This document shows positions 8,864 through 18,966 of a DNA stretch of 64,000 bases, one piece after another (within the stretch, counting starts at the first letter, position 1; every line of letters starts with the position of its first letter). The position numbers and the translations under genes were made by a program. Origin of the DNA: an uncultured virus (IMG/VR IMGVR_UViG_3300035080_000019) (lineage: Duplodnaviria > Heunggongvirae > Uroviricota > Caudoviricetes). Under the pieces are notes generated by a model. It made no database searches. It was given only the letters and a program-made list of their open reading frames with translations, and was not told the DNA's origin. Location: IMG/VR virus record IMGVR_UViG_3300035080_000019; one strand, given 5' to 3'.

Positions 8864-10099
8864 TTACTCCCTCGCCACTTGCAATTCAACGGCCGGCACA
8901 AAGCCGGCGTGCCGGATACGGTTTCTGGCCACGATCTCGGTTTCGCGAGAGGCATCGCCATAGAGCCGGTAGGCCAGCACCACAGCCGGCACCGTCGAAG
9001 CCGGCGTTTCCGTGCGCAATCTCACCCCGGCACGCGCCACGGCAGAGAGATGGGCATTCACCGCCTGGCGCGCAGTGTCCAGCGTCTCGTAGTGCCCGAG
9101 GGGTGAATACAGGGCGTATTGAAAAATGGCTTCCCCCAGCTCATCCCGTGCTGCAGCGATATCATCGGCCACCGGCACGTCCGTCACCGCGATTGCCGTC
9201 GCGGCCTGGGCGTCCAGACTCGGCGTGGTGCTTGCCGCCACAAGCGGCTCAGGGATCGGAACGGCCGCGGCCTCCATCATCCCGTTGTAAGTCGCGGCGT
9301 CCTGCATCAACGCTACGAGTGCGGTTTGCACGCCTTGCGCATCCTGTCCACCTGATACCGGCACCTGGGCCAGCGCCGTGATGGCCGCTGCGCTGCCCGA
9401 CACTGCGCTGCTGGAGCTGCCAAAGCTACTGAATGGACGCTCCAGATCCGCCAGGGACGAAAACACCATTGCCCCGAAGGATGAGGGAGCGTTCATCAAG
9501 GCATCGAGCATGGAAGCACTGGATGAAAACAGCGAAGATAAGGGCTTCATGTAGTTATTGACCGCGCCGTAGACAGCCGCAACATTCGCCTGAATCGCTG
9601 AGACCTTTACCCTCGCCATATTCACCATTGACATGGCCTGTGAGAACCGGCTCAGTGCGGATGCCTTCAACGAGTTTGCAGACGTCTGCACTTGCTGCCT
9701 TGTGTTGGTGGTCGCCGTCGGGAATCCCAACTCACCGGCTTCCACGAACACCAGCTCAAAACGAACGACGCCGCCCTCTTCCCTGCTATGGCTGGCGGTA
9801 CAGTCGCTGGTGGCCGTTACCTTCATGCGGCCATACCATGGATGAATCAACTCCCCTTCACCCGGTTTATCCAGCGCTGCTAGCAAAGCATCGCGCTCAT
9901 CCAAGCACGTCGCGCCAATGACGAAGGCAGTAAATCGAATGAGGCGCGTCTTGCGCCCCATATCTTCAGTGCGCACCTTGTCCTTACCCGGATACTCGAA
10001 GATCACGACCTCCCGGCCCACGGGCATGGTTTCGGTATCGACACGGAACGGCACCCCACGGAAGGAGGCCGGTTGAAGGCGTTTTTTCCAATCACTCAT
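8864..10099 (-). CDS. Mu gp43-like DNA circularization/tail protein
   Basis: W...L.PASFRGVPF, G.LIHPWYG, RN.IRH.GFVP motifs. Confidence 0.9.
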   Translation of the reverse strand: MSDWKKRLQPASFRGVPFRVDTETMPVGREVVIFEYPGKDKVRTEDMGRKTRLIRFTAFVIGATCLDERDALLAALDKPGEGELIHPWYGRMKVTATSDCTASHSREEGGVVRFELVFVEAGELGFPTATTNTRQQVQTSANSLKASALSRFSQAMSMVNMARVKVSAIQANVAAVYGAVNNYMKPLSSLFSSSASMLDALMNAPSSFGAMVFSSLADLERPFSSFGSSSSAVSGSAAAITALAQVPVSGGQDAQGVQTALVALMQDAATYNGMMEAAAVPIPEPLVAASTTPSLDAQAATAIAVTDVPVADDIAAARDELGEAIFQYALYSPLGHYETLDTARQAVNAHLSAVARAGVRLRTETPASTVPAVVLAYRLYGDASRETEIVARNRIRHAGFVPAVELQVARE

Positions 10100-11970
10100 T
10101 AGTTTCGTCCTAGTGTTCGATATCCGACCTTCGGCGTGATGTTTAGCCCCGGCTGATTCGACTGGACCGAATCGGCCCGCATCCCGGCCGGCGCGTCCTC
10201 GAAACGCACCACCATCTCACCTTTCATGTTTGCCGTCGCCCCAACACGCCCAGCGCCGGCGATCAACTGCTGGCGCCACGCTGCCGGCCCGCCCCCTGGT
10301 GCAGAACCCACGTCACCGGACCCGGCCCCACCTGTAGCGGCAGCAGCCACTCTCGGGAAGGCGCCGGGCACGCCCGATGGCATCGCACCACCAGAATCTC
10401 CGGCCATGGGCATCGCCTTGCGGCTAAAGACGAAATTAAAGCCATCGATCAGGGGCTGTACGTAAGGCCGGATGCGGTCCCACATCTTGCTGAACCAGTC
10501 CACAATGGGCTCCCAATTCTTGATGATCATGCCCAGCGGCGTGAAGCTGAAGACCGTCTTGATGAACTCCCATCCTGCAGCGAAGCCGGATTTGACGAGA
10601 TCCCACATCTGACTGAAGAACGGCCCGACCGAACGCCAATTGGCAATCAGGAAGCCCGCCGCCAGCGCGATAAGGCGCACGGCAATGCCGATAGGCGTCA
10701 GGCTCGACACCGCCAGGAACAGCCTGGTCGCAAGCGTGGCCCCCAGCACTGCGATACGCAGCGCAACGAACCCGGCCGCCGCCCCCACCAGCCCCTTGAT
10801 CAACCAGGGATTGGCCGCCGCCATCGTGGCAATACCATCCGTGATGGGGCCGACCAGTCCCAGGAAACTATTGAGCGGCGGCAGCATGACATTGCCGACG
10901 TTCACGCCCAGGGCGATGACCCGATTGGTGAAGAGCTGGATGTTGTTGGCCGTGGTCGCCGCCCGCGCCGCATACTCCTGATTCATGGAGTTGGCGAACT
11001 TGGTCGAATCCGTGACCTTGTCCAGGTTCTCCTTCAGCTTGTCCAGGTTGGTCAGCATCGGCGCAATCGCCTCAATCGACTCCCGACCGAAAAGCTGCTG
11101 CAGCACAGACGCCTGCTTGGGCTTATCGACCTTGCTGACGGCCGTCAGCACGCGCAGCATCGTCCCCTGCGCGTCCTTCTGCATATCGACAGCCAGCTTC
11201 TTGGCATCGAGCCGAAGCGCCTTGAACGTCTGCTGCTGTTGCTTGGTGGCCGAGGCTCCGGCCGTCAAGGTCAGGAAGAAGTTCTTCATGCCAGTGGCCG
11301 CGACATCCTCCTGGATGCCGACGCCAGCCAGCGTGGCACCCATCGCGGCAATCTGGCCCGAGGCCAGGCCGGCCACCTCGGCCAGCGGCCCGATCCGGGT
11401 CACGATGGCCGAGATCTGCTTGGCCTTCGCCGGGCCGGTGTTGCCGAGATAGTTGATCTTGTCGGAGAGCGCAACGACCTCATCCTGGGTCATACGGAAT
11501 GAGGTGCGCCACTTGGCCATCATCTCGCCCGCCTCGGCGGCCGTCTGGTCAAAGGCCACGCCCATCTTCACCGCATCCTCGGCAAAGCGTGGCAGTTCAA
11601 TGCGATCAAAACCGGCCTGCCCCCCAGCCGCCACAATGGCGGCGATATCCTTGGCCGCCATCGGCAGGCGCCGCGACATCTGCAGCACCTCCTGGTTCAT
11701 CTGCTTGAACTGGGTCGGCGTATCGAAGTTGACCACCTTCTTGACGTCTGCCATGGCCGACTCAAAGTCGATGGCCGACTTCGTAGCGGCGATCATGGTG
11801 GCCGCGAATGCCCCACCCTGGACCAGCTCGCCGAGCGAGATCTTCTCGCCAAGGCTGCTGGAGGTCAGCTGCTTCCGAAACGATGCGATGTTCTTCCGAA
11901 TGCCGGTCAGCGTCGGAGACAGCTTGTCGACGCCCGTGATGAGCGCCTTCAACTGAAATTTATCTGCCAT
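10099..11970 (-). CDS. Tape measure protein (623 aa)
   Basis: FESAMADVKKVV motif, Ala-rich helical sequence, Trp-periodic repeats. Confidence 0.9.
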   Translation of the reverse strand: MADKFQLKALITGVDKLSPTLTGIRKNIASFRKQLTSSSLGEKISLGELVQGGAFAATMIAATKSAIDFESAMADVKKVVNFDTPTQFKQMNQEVLQMSRRLPMAAKDIAAIVAAGGQAGFDRIELPRFAEDAVKMGVAFDQTAAEAGEMMAKWRTSFRMTQDEVVALSDKINYLGNTGPAKAKQISAIVTRIGPLAEVAGLASGQIAAMGATLAGVGIQEDVAATGMKNFFLTLTAGASATKQQQQTFKALRLDAKKLAVDMQKDAQGTMLRVLTAVSKVDKPKQASVLQQLFGRESIEAIAPMLTNLDKLKENLDKVTDSTKFANSMNQEYAARAATTANNIQLFTNRVIALGVNVGNVMLPPLNSFLGLVGPITDGIATMAAANPWLIKGLVGAAAGFVALRIAVLGATLATRLFLAVSSLTPIGIAVRLIALAAGFLIANWRSVGPFFSQMWDLVKSGFAAGWEFIKTVFSFTPLGMIIKNWEPIVDWFSKMWDRIRPYVQPLIDGFNFVFSRKAMPMAGDSGGAMPSGVPGAFPRVAAAATGGAGSGDVGSAPGGGPAAWRQQLIAGAGRVGATANMKGEMVVRFEDAPAGMRADSVQSNQPGLNITPKVGYRTLGRN

Positions 11971-12136
11971 CCCTATCTCTCATTTGCTCAATACGCCAGG
12001 CCTGAGAACGATGCTCCATCAACTGGGATATCGTTCGATCTAGCTCGATCTCAGGATCGACTTGCCAGAACCACGCACACTCGTAAGCGATATCGATCAG
12101 CTCGCTTGCGTCCCGAAAGTCCCAACCAAGAAAAAA
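11960..12136 (-). CDS. -1 frameshift extension of the tail chaperone (gpGT-like)
   Basis: Slippery T TTT TTC at 12136-12130; the -1 frame reads ...DIAYECAWFWQVDPEIEL...AWRIEQMRDRDGR to a stop at 11960. Confidence 0.7.
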   Translation of the reverse strand, partial: FFLGWDFRDASELIDIAYECAWFWQVDPEIELDRTISQLMEHRSQAWRIEQMRDRDGR

Positions 12137-12627
12137 CCGGCGACCGCCCAGTACAGTGCATTGAGCTCACGCGCCGACAGTTCGTCCAGCGCTTCCTGAT
12201 CCTTGCCCGAGCAGTGCAGCAGGTACTTGGAAGCGACATCCGTGTTGATCGTCATGGAGCCGTCCGGGGAGACCCAATAGGGCAAAGCCTTGATCTCCCG
12301 CGTGAACTTGCCGGCCGGCTCCTTCAGGTCGAACGGCAGCTGTATCTCGTCCTCGCTCTCCTGGCCGAGGAAGAAGCCCGCGACTTCCCAGTACAGCTGG
12401 TTGCGATCCACGGCGGCCAGTTGGTCGACCGAGGATTGGGGTATAGCTGCGCAGGCCACCAGCAGCCGGGACGCTGCCTCGGTATTGATGGCCATGGCGC
12501 TGTCGCCGGCCATCCAGTACGGCAAAGCACGGGCGGCGCGGATCTGCGGCCCGGTCGGAGAGGTCAGCGTGATTTCAGTCACTTCCTGGCCATGGGCCAT
12601 GATCGGCTTGGAGAGCATCATTGCCAT
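12097..12627 (-). CDS. Tail assembly chaperone with a tandemly duplicated domain
   Basis: Two ALPYW...INT..AS..L...D.L.A...N.LYW.VAGFFL units; lies between tube and TMP. Confidence 0.8.
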   Translation of the reverse strand: MAMMLSKPIMAHGQEVTEITLTSPTGPQIRAARALPYWMAGDSAMAINTEAASRLLVACAAIPQSSVDQLAAVDRNQLYWEVAGFFLGQESEDEIQLPFDLKEPAGKFTREIKALPYWVSPDGSMTINTDVASKYLLHCSGKDQEALDELSARELNALYWAVAGFFLVGTFGTQAS

Positions 12628-12965
12628 GTCCCCTTAATGCCATGAAATTCGAGGCCGGCCTTTGCGTCATCGCCGGACGTGGTGGGTTCGCCCACCAAAT
12701 AGGCACCGGTCAGCACGTAGGTGCGGCCGTTCTTGAATTCGCAGGTCACCGTCATATTGGTGCCAGCCGCCAGCTTGGCGCGGGGGAAGTTCGGCGTATC
12801 CACCGCATCGCACTTGATGTAGGGCGTGCGCTCCTTCTCCGAGAAGAAGCCCGGCACCAAGGTCTCACGGGTGACATCCGTGAGCGGCGCTTCGCAGCCA
12901 CCGCTGACGACGATCTGCTCACCGTCCGCCTTGACGTAGCAATCGCCTGCTGTTTTTTGTCCCAT
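12618..12965 (-). CDS. Tail tube protein (Mu-like)
   Basis: About 115 aa after the sheath; T.EF.NG.TYVL..A motif. Confidence 0.85.
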   Translation of the reverse strand: MGQKTAGDCYVKADGEQIVVSGGCEAPLTDVTRETLVPGFFSEKERTPYIKCDAVDTPNFPRAKLAAGTNMTVTCEFKNGRTYVLTGAYLVGEPTTSGDDAKAGLEFHGIKGTWQ

Positions 12966-13024
12966 AGGAATCTCCAAATGAAACGGCCCGGACTAGCCGG
13001 GCCGATAAGGGTTGATCAGGATGC

Positions 13025-14515
13025 TTAGGCCGTTTCCGCGTACTGCAGGCGGAACTGGTTGAGCAGCGCGAAGATACGCAGTTGGTTCACGTAGTCGGGC
13101 GGGAACAGCACATTGAGGCGGTTCGGATTGCGTGCATCACGCTCCACGATCAGATACTTCGCAAACAGTGCCGAGTTCTCCACCAGGCCGGCCGACTCCA
13201 TGAGCTGATACTCGCCGATGAGCTCATTGCGAATCACCGAAGGCGTCACGATGGCATCACCCGGTCCATACTTGGTGCCATCGTTGGCCAGCTTGTGCCG
13301 CCCGTACTTGCTGGTAATGATCGACTGCAGGCGGCGCATCACCGCGCCACTCACATGCATCGTCTCCGAGTCATAGTACGAATCGTCGGGCTGGCCGTAG
13401 CTATTGCGCTGGTAAGTCGTGCGCGCCCGCTCGATCTGGACCGAGGAGCCCGCATACTTCTGCGTCGCGATGCCATTCTTCAGCAGCGCGCTGCGCTCCA
13501 GGAACACGAAACGCCCACCCGAGGGCGCCGGAGTTGATCCGACCAGCTCACCGGTTTGCGTAGGACGCGCCGGATCGGCCGAAATGAATGCTGCCTGGCG
13601 AGCCGTATAGGCGGCCACGTCGTCCCAGATCAAATCGGGCTTGGTTGGCTCGAAGCCCTCGATGGTCATGTGCGCATCGTTGCGCTCCTTCCCGAAGGCA
13701 GACAACTGCCCCATCGTGCCACGGCGACCGGTATAAACATGGCCCCACAATTGCTGCGCGTAGGACCAGCGACCGGAGCTGTCATTCATCCACTCCTTGA
13801 AGTCGTCCAGGCTGGCCGAGTCCGAATACGGATGGCAGATAAACTCGAACGGTTCATCGCCCACCAGCGCCAGCAACGACACCAGATCCGGCGAGCCCGT
13901 GCCGCCCGTCAGGTTCATCAGGGTAACGCTCACCCCAGCCGGTGTCTTCTCGTTGGCCGAGGCTCCTTTGAAGTTCATGGCCAGACGGATGTCGTTGCCG
14001 GTATCCCCCTTCCAACGGCAGGTCAGCGTCACCACGCCTGCTGCCGCTTGAGCCGATACCGGCAGACTGGCGGCATTGATGGCGCTAGCCATGGCAGCAG
14101 CACTCTCCGCTGCCGTCTGGCCGATCACCACCGTGGCCCGCACGCGCGTGGCGCCCACGTACAAGTTCAACAGGCCACCTTCGGTCGCTACCCCCTCGAA
14201 GGTGACCTTGCCGCCGGCTGCAGTTCCGGTCGTGACCTTCACCGGTAGCACCCACACCTCGCCGGCAGGGTCGGATTTGCGCCAGGCGGCATACATGGAC
14301 GCGAGCATGGACCCGGCACCACCGAGCGCGACCGCGTCACTGACGCGGGCCATCGGCTGCATCTGGTTGACCAACAGCACCTGGTCATCGTTGACCTGGG
14401 CGATCAGCAGGCGACGCAGCGTGGATACCCCGCTGTTGGCCATGCTGTTATCCATCTCGCCGTAGAAGAGCGGCACGTTGACATCGGCCGGAATGTTATT
14501 GAACGGAACCGTCAT
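13025..14515 (-). CDS. Tail sheath protein (Mu gpL-like)
   Basis: VPLFYGEMDNS.AN, DPARPTQT, PPDYVNQLRIFA motifs. Confidence 0.92.
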   Translation of the reverse strand: MTVPFNNIPADVNVPLFYGEMDNSMANSGVSTLRRLLIAQVNDDQVLLVNQMQPMARVSDAVALGGAGSMLASMYAAWRKSDPAGEVWVLPVKVTTGTAAGGKVTFEGVATEGGLLNLYVGATRVRATVVIGQTAAESAAAMASAINAASLPVSAQAAAGVVTLTCRWKGDTGNDIRLAMNFKGASANEKTPAGVSVTLMNLTGGTGSPDLVSLLALVGDEPFEFICHPYSDSASLDDFKEWMNDSSGRWSYAQQLWGHVYTGRRGTMGQLSAFGKERNDAHMTIEGFEPTKPDLIWDDVAAYTARQAAFISADPARPTQTGELVGSTPAPSGGRFVFLERSALLKNGIATQKYAGSSVQIERARTTYQRNSYGQPDDSYYDSETMHVSGAVMRRLQSIITSKYGRHKLANDGTKYGPGDAIVTPSVIRNELIGEYQLMESAGLVENSALFAKYLIVERDARNPNRLNVLFPPDYVNQLRIFALLNQFRLQYAETA

Positions 14516-14748
14516 TGCGACTCTCCTTCAGCCTTGGCAGGCTTTGCAGCCGACTTGACGGCCGGTTTTGCGGTACCGGCAGCGCCATCGTTCTCAACGA
14601 TAACGACGTCGCCGGAATTGACGGCGCGCACCCAGTAAGCGGTACGCGGTACGCTTCGGCCCTCGGCCGGCAGGTCTTCGCCGCGCTCGGGATCATGGAC
14701 AACACGTCCTTCGCCCGGCTTGACGAACATGGAGCGGTCATTACTCAC
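14512..14748 (-). CDS. Small Mu gp38/DUF2635-like protein
   Basis: VKP..GR.V.DP..G..LP.EG..V....YW.R....GDV; GTG start with AGGAG RBS. Confidence 0.75.
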   Translation of the reverse strand: MSNDRSMFVKPGEGRVVHDPERGEDLPAEGRSVPRTAYWVRAVNSGDVVIVENDGAAGTAKPAVKSAAKPAKAEGESQ

Positions 14749-15337
14749 TTGTAAACTCCTGGTTAATGGTGATTTCAATACGCCCATCCGGGCCGGGATA
14801 CTTCAGGTTTTTGTCTGCCATCGGATCAATGGCGTCCAATTCGAACTTGATGCCTTCCAACCTGGGAAGCTCATCGCGCATGACGTCGCCCCAGTTCTCG
14901 GCCGGCCCTGCCCCATCGCCCCGGCCGAGCTGGAACTCGGTGAGATAGGAAAAACGGTAGACGATGCGGGAGCGGTTCTGCAGGATCAACTGGCCACCGA
15001 CGAACTCGATGGGATCAAAATCAGGCATCGGCTTCCACCCCACCAGAGCCAGCGACAGCAGGCTGCGCACCAGGTGGATGTCATCGATGCGCTCCAGATC
15101 CTGGCCGTTCGGTGCATCCAGCACCACCACGACATCAAACTGATCGGTGACGTCCTGGGCGACCAGACTCTGGTACTTGTTGCGCTCGGCATCGGAGTCG
15201 CCGACGATCACATAGGCGCACGGCGTAGCCAGCTTCGCGCTATCCTCCAGCGCCTCCCAATCGATACCGCCAAAAACACGGCGCGCAAAAAAGGGGACGC
15301 GGTCGCGCAGTTGCGCGACAACGGGCGTGAGCTTCAT
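14741..15337 (-). CDS. Tail terminator/completion protein (gp37-like)
   Basis: Synteny; P.AYVI, ALVGW.P, PGPDGRIE motifs. Confidence 0.7.
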   Translation of the reverse strand: MKLTPVVAQLRDRVPFFARRVFGGIDWEALEDSAKLATPCAYVIVGDSDAERNKYQSLVAQDVTDQFDVVVVLDAPNGQDLERIDDIHLVRSLLSLALVGWKPMPDFDPIEFVGGQLILQNRSRIVYRFSYLTEFQLGRGDGAGPAENWGDVMRDELPRLEGIKFELDAIDPMADKNLKYPGPDGRIEITINQEFTSE

Positions 15338-15346
15338 GGGATTTCC

Positions 15347-15817
15347 TTACTTGATAACGAGCGCTTTCGCAAAAGCTGACTGCAACATCCGTCGCACTTC
15401 CTCACCGCGGTCGGTGAGTGCGTCGACCATGTAATTACCTCGCGGCTCGACGCGGTTGCTGCCGCCGCCCTTACCGCCTGCCTTACGCTTACCGCCCGGC
15501 TTGCGCTTGACGCCGTAGTGCAGGAATGCCGGATAGAACTGCTTCATGTCGCTGGTCAATTGCGGCGCCACGCGGACCAGGAAGCCCGAGCGCGAGACCT
15601 TGAGCTTGATCGAGCGCTGCAGGCGCCCTGTCCGGCGCCCCGGATAGGCACCGGGCTGGGAGCGCACAGACTTCGCCACCAACTTGCGGGCGGCCATCTG
15701 GACCGCACGCCCGGACTGCCGCATGGCACGGCGGATCTGCTTCTTGTCGAAATCGATCTTCTTGTCGAAGCCGTCGAAGCCCTCAAAGTGCATGTAGAAG
15801 CCTTGATCTTTGGCCAT
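15347..15817 (-). CDS. HK97 gp10-like neck/tail completion protein
   Basis: S.PG.YP..RTG.L.RSI and FYPAFL.YG motifs. Confidence 0.7.
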   Translation of the reverse strand: MAKDQGFYMHFEGFDGFDKKIDFDKKQIRRAMRQSGRAVQMAARKLVAKSVRSQPGAYPGRRTGRLQRSIKLKVSRSGFLVRVAPQLTSDMKQFYPAFLHYGVKRKPGGKRKAGGKGGGSNRVEPRGNYMVDALTDRGEEVRRMLQSAFAKALVIK

Positions 15818-15818
15818 C

Positions 15819-16148
15819 TCAGAGCTCCTCGACTTCCAGCATGGTGAAACGCGGCGCCCCATTTATGGCCATCGACCTTCGCACCCGGTACACCTGGTCG
15901 CCATGCACGATTTCATGATCGGAGGTAATGCCGTCGATCCGCCGCAGAAAGACGCGATGCGTGACCTTCTCATCAATCTGCACGCTCCCGGCATAGGTAG
16001 CGGCACCCACCGGCTCGATCTTGGCCCAGCGGCGCCGGCCTGCTCCAAACTCATGAGCCAATTCGGCATCGGCCAGCGGCAAATCCTGTCGATGCCGGAT
16101 CTGCACCCGGCGATTCAGTTCGCCGGCCATCGGTTCATCGAGCGTCAT
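15819..16148 (-). CDS. Head closure (head-tail adaptor) protein
   Basis: AGELNRRV.I and WAKIEP motifs. Confidence 0.8.
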   Translation of the reverse strand: MTLDEPMAGELNRRVQIRHRQDLPLADAELAHEFGAGRRRWAKIEPVGAATYAGSVQIDEKVTHRVFLRRIDGITSDHEIVHGDQVYRVRRSMAINGAPRFTMLEVEEL

Positions 16149-16492
16149 CAGACCCCCATACATTTGCGATACGGCTGCAGCAGAGACTGCGATCCGCGTG
16201 GCAGTTCGTAGATGTCTCGTACCGCGACCACGTCAGAACGATGCTCATAGAGATGGCCGAGGATCAGCAGGATGGCGGCCTGAATGGCAGGATTGACGAC
16301 CATGGGCGCTTCCCCTGCCGTGTCAGAGGAAATGGCTTGCGCCATCGCCTCATCCGATTCAAACACCCGGCGATTCAGAAACTCTACGGCCGTCGATTCT
16401 GCCGCGCCCAAGTAGATCTCGATGCTGGCATCCTCATCGACCTCATCCACCTTCAGGTGCATCTTGGCCACATCCAGGGAAACGAGCGGCAT
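16148..16492 (-). CDS. Head-tail connector (HK97 gp6-like)
   Basis: AK.HLKVD, AILLILGHLYEHR, LL.PYR motifs. Confidence 0.85.
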   Translation of the reverse strand: MPLVSLDVAKMHLKVDEVDEDASIEIYLGAAESTAVEFLNRRVFESDEAMAQAISSDTAGEAPMVVNPAIQAAILLILGHLYEHRSDVVAVRDIYELPRGSQSLLQPYRKCMGV

Positions 16493-16495
16493 GGA

Positions 16496-16927
16496 TCAGT
16501 CCCCCTCGCCACCGTCCGCGCCTGGCTCCTTTACAGCCCCGTCCATCCCATCCGGGGGCGGCTCCTGGTCGCCGGCAGCGACAGGGGGTTGTGCAGACGT
16601 CTGCACCACATTGGCCGGCATTCCTTCCTGGCCGCCTTGCGCGCCGTCGATGAGACTGTTCGCATTGGTGCCGCCCGGAGGGACATTCGGATTCGCATCG
16701 CCCGCTGGAGCTGGCGCCGGCTCCTTCTTGGAGCGGCTGGTACGGGTGTTCGCTGTGCTCCCCTTAGTCGGGGCAACAGGCGCAACTGGCTCGGTCTCCA
16801 CGCGCTTCACCAGGGATACCCGCTCCAACTCGGCAGCGATTGCTTCTGGGATCTCAACTACCTCACCCTTACGCAGATTGAGGCGGCCGTGCATGAGCGA
16901 CTGCCGCGCAATAACTTTTACGTCCAT
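16496..16927 (-). CDS. Hypothetical virion-associated protein with a low-complexity C-terminus
   Basis: Between capsid and connector; GGAG RBS; GEVVEI...A.EL...LV N-terminal domain. Confidence 0.6.
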   Translation of the reverse strand: MDVKVIARQSLMHGRLNLRKGEVVEIPEAIAAELERVSLVKRVETEPVAPVAPTKGSTANTRTSRSKKEPAPAPAGDANPNVPPGGTNANSLIDGAQGGQEGMPANVVQTSAQPPVAAGDQEPPPDGMDGAVKEPGADGGEGD

Positions 16928-16991
16928 GTGACTGCTCCTATGCCGGCGCCTGGGGGCACCGGCCTCATATTGAGATGTTGACCCGCTATGC

Positions 16992-18290
16992 TCAGGCCGC
17001 TTCCTGCGTCAGGTCACCCTTGACGAAGGCCTCCGGGCGGTAATCCGCCAGGGCGAGACGCTCTTCGGCCAGGATGGTCACCAGGTTCTTCACGAAGTCG
17101 TCTTCGTTCTGGGTCGCGATGGTGACGCTGGCTTGCTCGCGGTCGAAGATCTGTGCGCCCATCTTGAAAGCACCGACCAGGAATTCGTCGATGGTCATGG
17201 ACTTGGTCGTGACCACCGGACGCCCCCACAGGCCAGGCTGCGCCGTGGATTGCGGGTTGGTGAAGATGTAGGCGCCCGTGGTGTCCTTCTGCAGCTCGAT
17301 GGCCGTCCAGTCAGCCGGGTTCAGCACGATGCCGGTCGACGGGTATTCCGCCAGCTCCGCCTGCAGCAGCGCCAGACGCAACACGTCAATGCGCGTGGGG
17401 TTCTTGATCACGATGGGCGCGGCGTACTGGCTGGCCTGGGTATAGATGCCGTTCAAGTTGTTGCCCACGCCGGAACCCTTCAGCAACTGAGCCTCTTCGA
17501 TCAGGGCCAGGCCATAGCGCAGGCGGGTGTCGATGATCGACTGCAGGGCCGGGAAGTCAGCCATGATTTCCGAGGAGGCCTTGATGAAGTGCGCGATCTT
17601 GGCCACCACCGACTGCGCCTCGGTCATGGTAATGCTCGACTCGGGCTTCTTCGTGCCCTCGGCGACCATCCCGGCATTGTTCACGAAACCGGTTTCCTTG
17701 ATGTACTGCACCAGGTTCGAAGAGGTACGGCCCGGCGACAACAGGTCGCGCACCGTGAGGCGCTGTTGCGGCAGGGTCACGATGCCCGGCAGGCGATCCG
17801 GCGCCACGGCTGCGCCGACGCTATTGGCAGCGCTGGTGACCGCCTTCACCTGGACGGTGATGCTTTTCTTGAAGTTGCCTTCCTTGACATACTCCTTCAG
17901 CTCTTCGGACTCGACCACCTGGCCACCGATGGACTTGAATTCGAACGATGCAGGCCCAGCGGCGTGCTTGTCGAGCTTCTGTTCGGTCTCTTGCAGGCGA
18001 GCCTGCAACTCACCCTGCTTGACCAGCAGTTCGTCGACCTTCTTCTTCGTGTCTTGCGACAGCTCACCGGCCTTCTCGGCTTCCTTCAGCGCCTTCTCGC
18101 CGACTTCCTTGACCTGGTCGCCGATACGCTTGAGCTCCTTCATGACCGGCTCGGGGTCAGACACGCACATGATGACGCCCATCTGCACCATGTGGCGGAA
18201 AACGTAGGGATAGGTAAAGTCCGCCAGCGCCGCCAGCAAGATTTTGATGTTGGCCTTGATGGCCGATTTGAAAATGCGAATCTGATTCAT
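16992..18290 (-). CDS. Major capsid protein, HK97 family
   Basis: Coiled-coil delta domain, VAEG..KPES, N.VTILAEERLAL..YRPEAFV motifs. Confidence 0.92.
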   Translation of the reverse strand: MNQIRIFKSAIKANIKILLAALADFTYPYVFRHMVQMGVIMCVSDPEPVMKELKRIGDQVKEVGEKALKEAEKAGELSQDTKKKVDELLVKQGELQARLQETEQKLDKHAAGPASFEFKSIGGQVVESEELKEYVKEGNFKKSITVQVKAVTSAANSVGAAVAPDRLPGIVTLPQQRLTVRDLLSPGRTSSNLVQYIKETGFVNNAGMVAEGTKKPESSITMTEAQSVVAKIAHFIKASSEIMADFPALQSIIDTRLRYGLALIEEAQLLKGSGVGNNLNGIYTQASQYAAPIVIKNPTRIDVLRLALLQAELAEYPSTGIVLNPADWTAIELQKDTTGAYIFTNPQSTAQPGLWGRPVVTTKSMTIDEFLVGAFKMGAQIFDREQASVTIATQNEDDFVKNLVTILAEERLALADYRPEAFVKGDLTQEAA

Positions 18291-18300
18291 AGTTTCCTCG

Positions 18301-18966
18301 TTAGTTGAAGTTGAAGGCTTGCAGGGAAGCCAAGAGATTGCTGTCGTTGCCACCGGAATCGCTCCGGTCAAGCAGGGTCTTCAAGCCACGACTGGCGACA
18401 ATCGTGGCCTGACTCTTCGAGAACCCTGCCTCACGCAAGATGCCCTCGAATTCAGAGAGGCTCGGCAGCTTCCCGCAATGCAGGCGGGACTTCACGCTGT
18501 CGATCAATGCCTCTGTATTCATGGGGAAGGTCACCGCGCTGACCTCCAGGAGATCGAGCTCGGTCAGTGCGCGGGTGCGCTCCTTCTCGTTCCAGCTATC
18601 GGCCAAGACGTAGTAGCCGATGGACAGGCCTTTCACGATGCGACGCTTCATGAGCGAATGCGCCTGTGCCGCCAGCGGGATGTCGTCCTTGAGCAGGAAA
18701 CCCTTCACGCGCAGGCCGCGCTCATCCTCTTCCAGTTCTTCATATCCGCCGATAGGCTGCGTTTCATCGTGCTGCCACAGCAGCGGCAGCGGATCGCCCG
18801 AGGCTTTCAGCCTGGCCAGGCTCTTGGTGAAGGCGCCCGGCATCACGATGTCCCGGCCGAGATCCACATTGCCGAAGATCGAGGCGTAACCCGTGAAAGT
18901 GCCATCGTCCTTCACTTCGTCCGCCATGAAGGGAACGCGCTTGCGCGCCATAGTCTTGAAGCTCAT
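18301..18966 (-). CDS. HK97-family prohead protease
   Basis: F.GYAS.FGNVD, LLWQHD, GLSIGY, EVSAVTFPMN motifs. Confidence 0.92.
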   Translation of the reverse strand: MSFKTMARKRVPFMADEVKDDGTFTGYASIFGNVDLGRDIVMPGAFTKSLARLKASGDPLPLLWQHDETQPIGGYEELEEDERGLRVKGFLLKDDIPLAAQAHSLMKRRIVKGLSIGYYVLADSWNEKERTRALTELDLLEVSAVTFPMNTEALIDSVKSRLHCGKLPSLSEFEGILREAGFSKSQATIVASRGLKTLLDRSDSGGNDSNLLASLQAFNFN

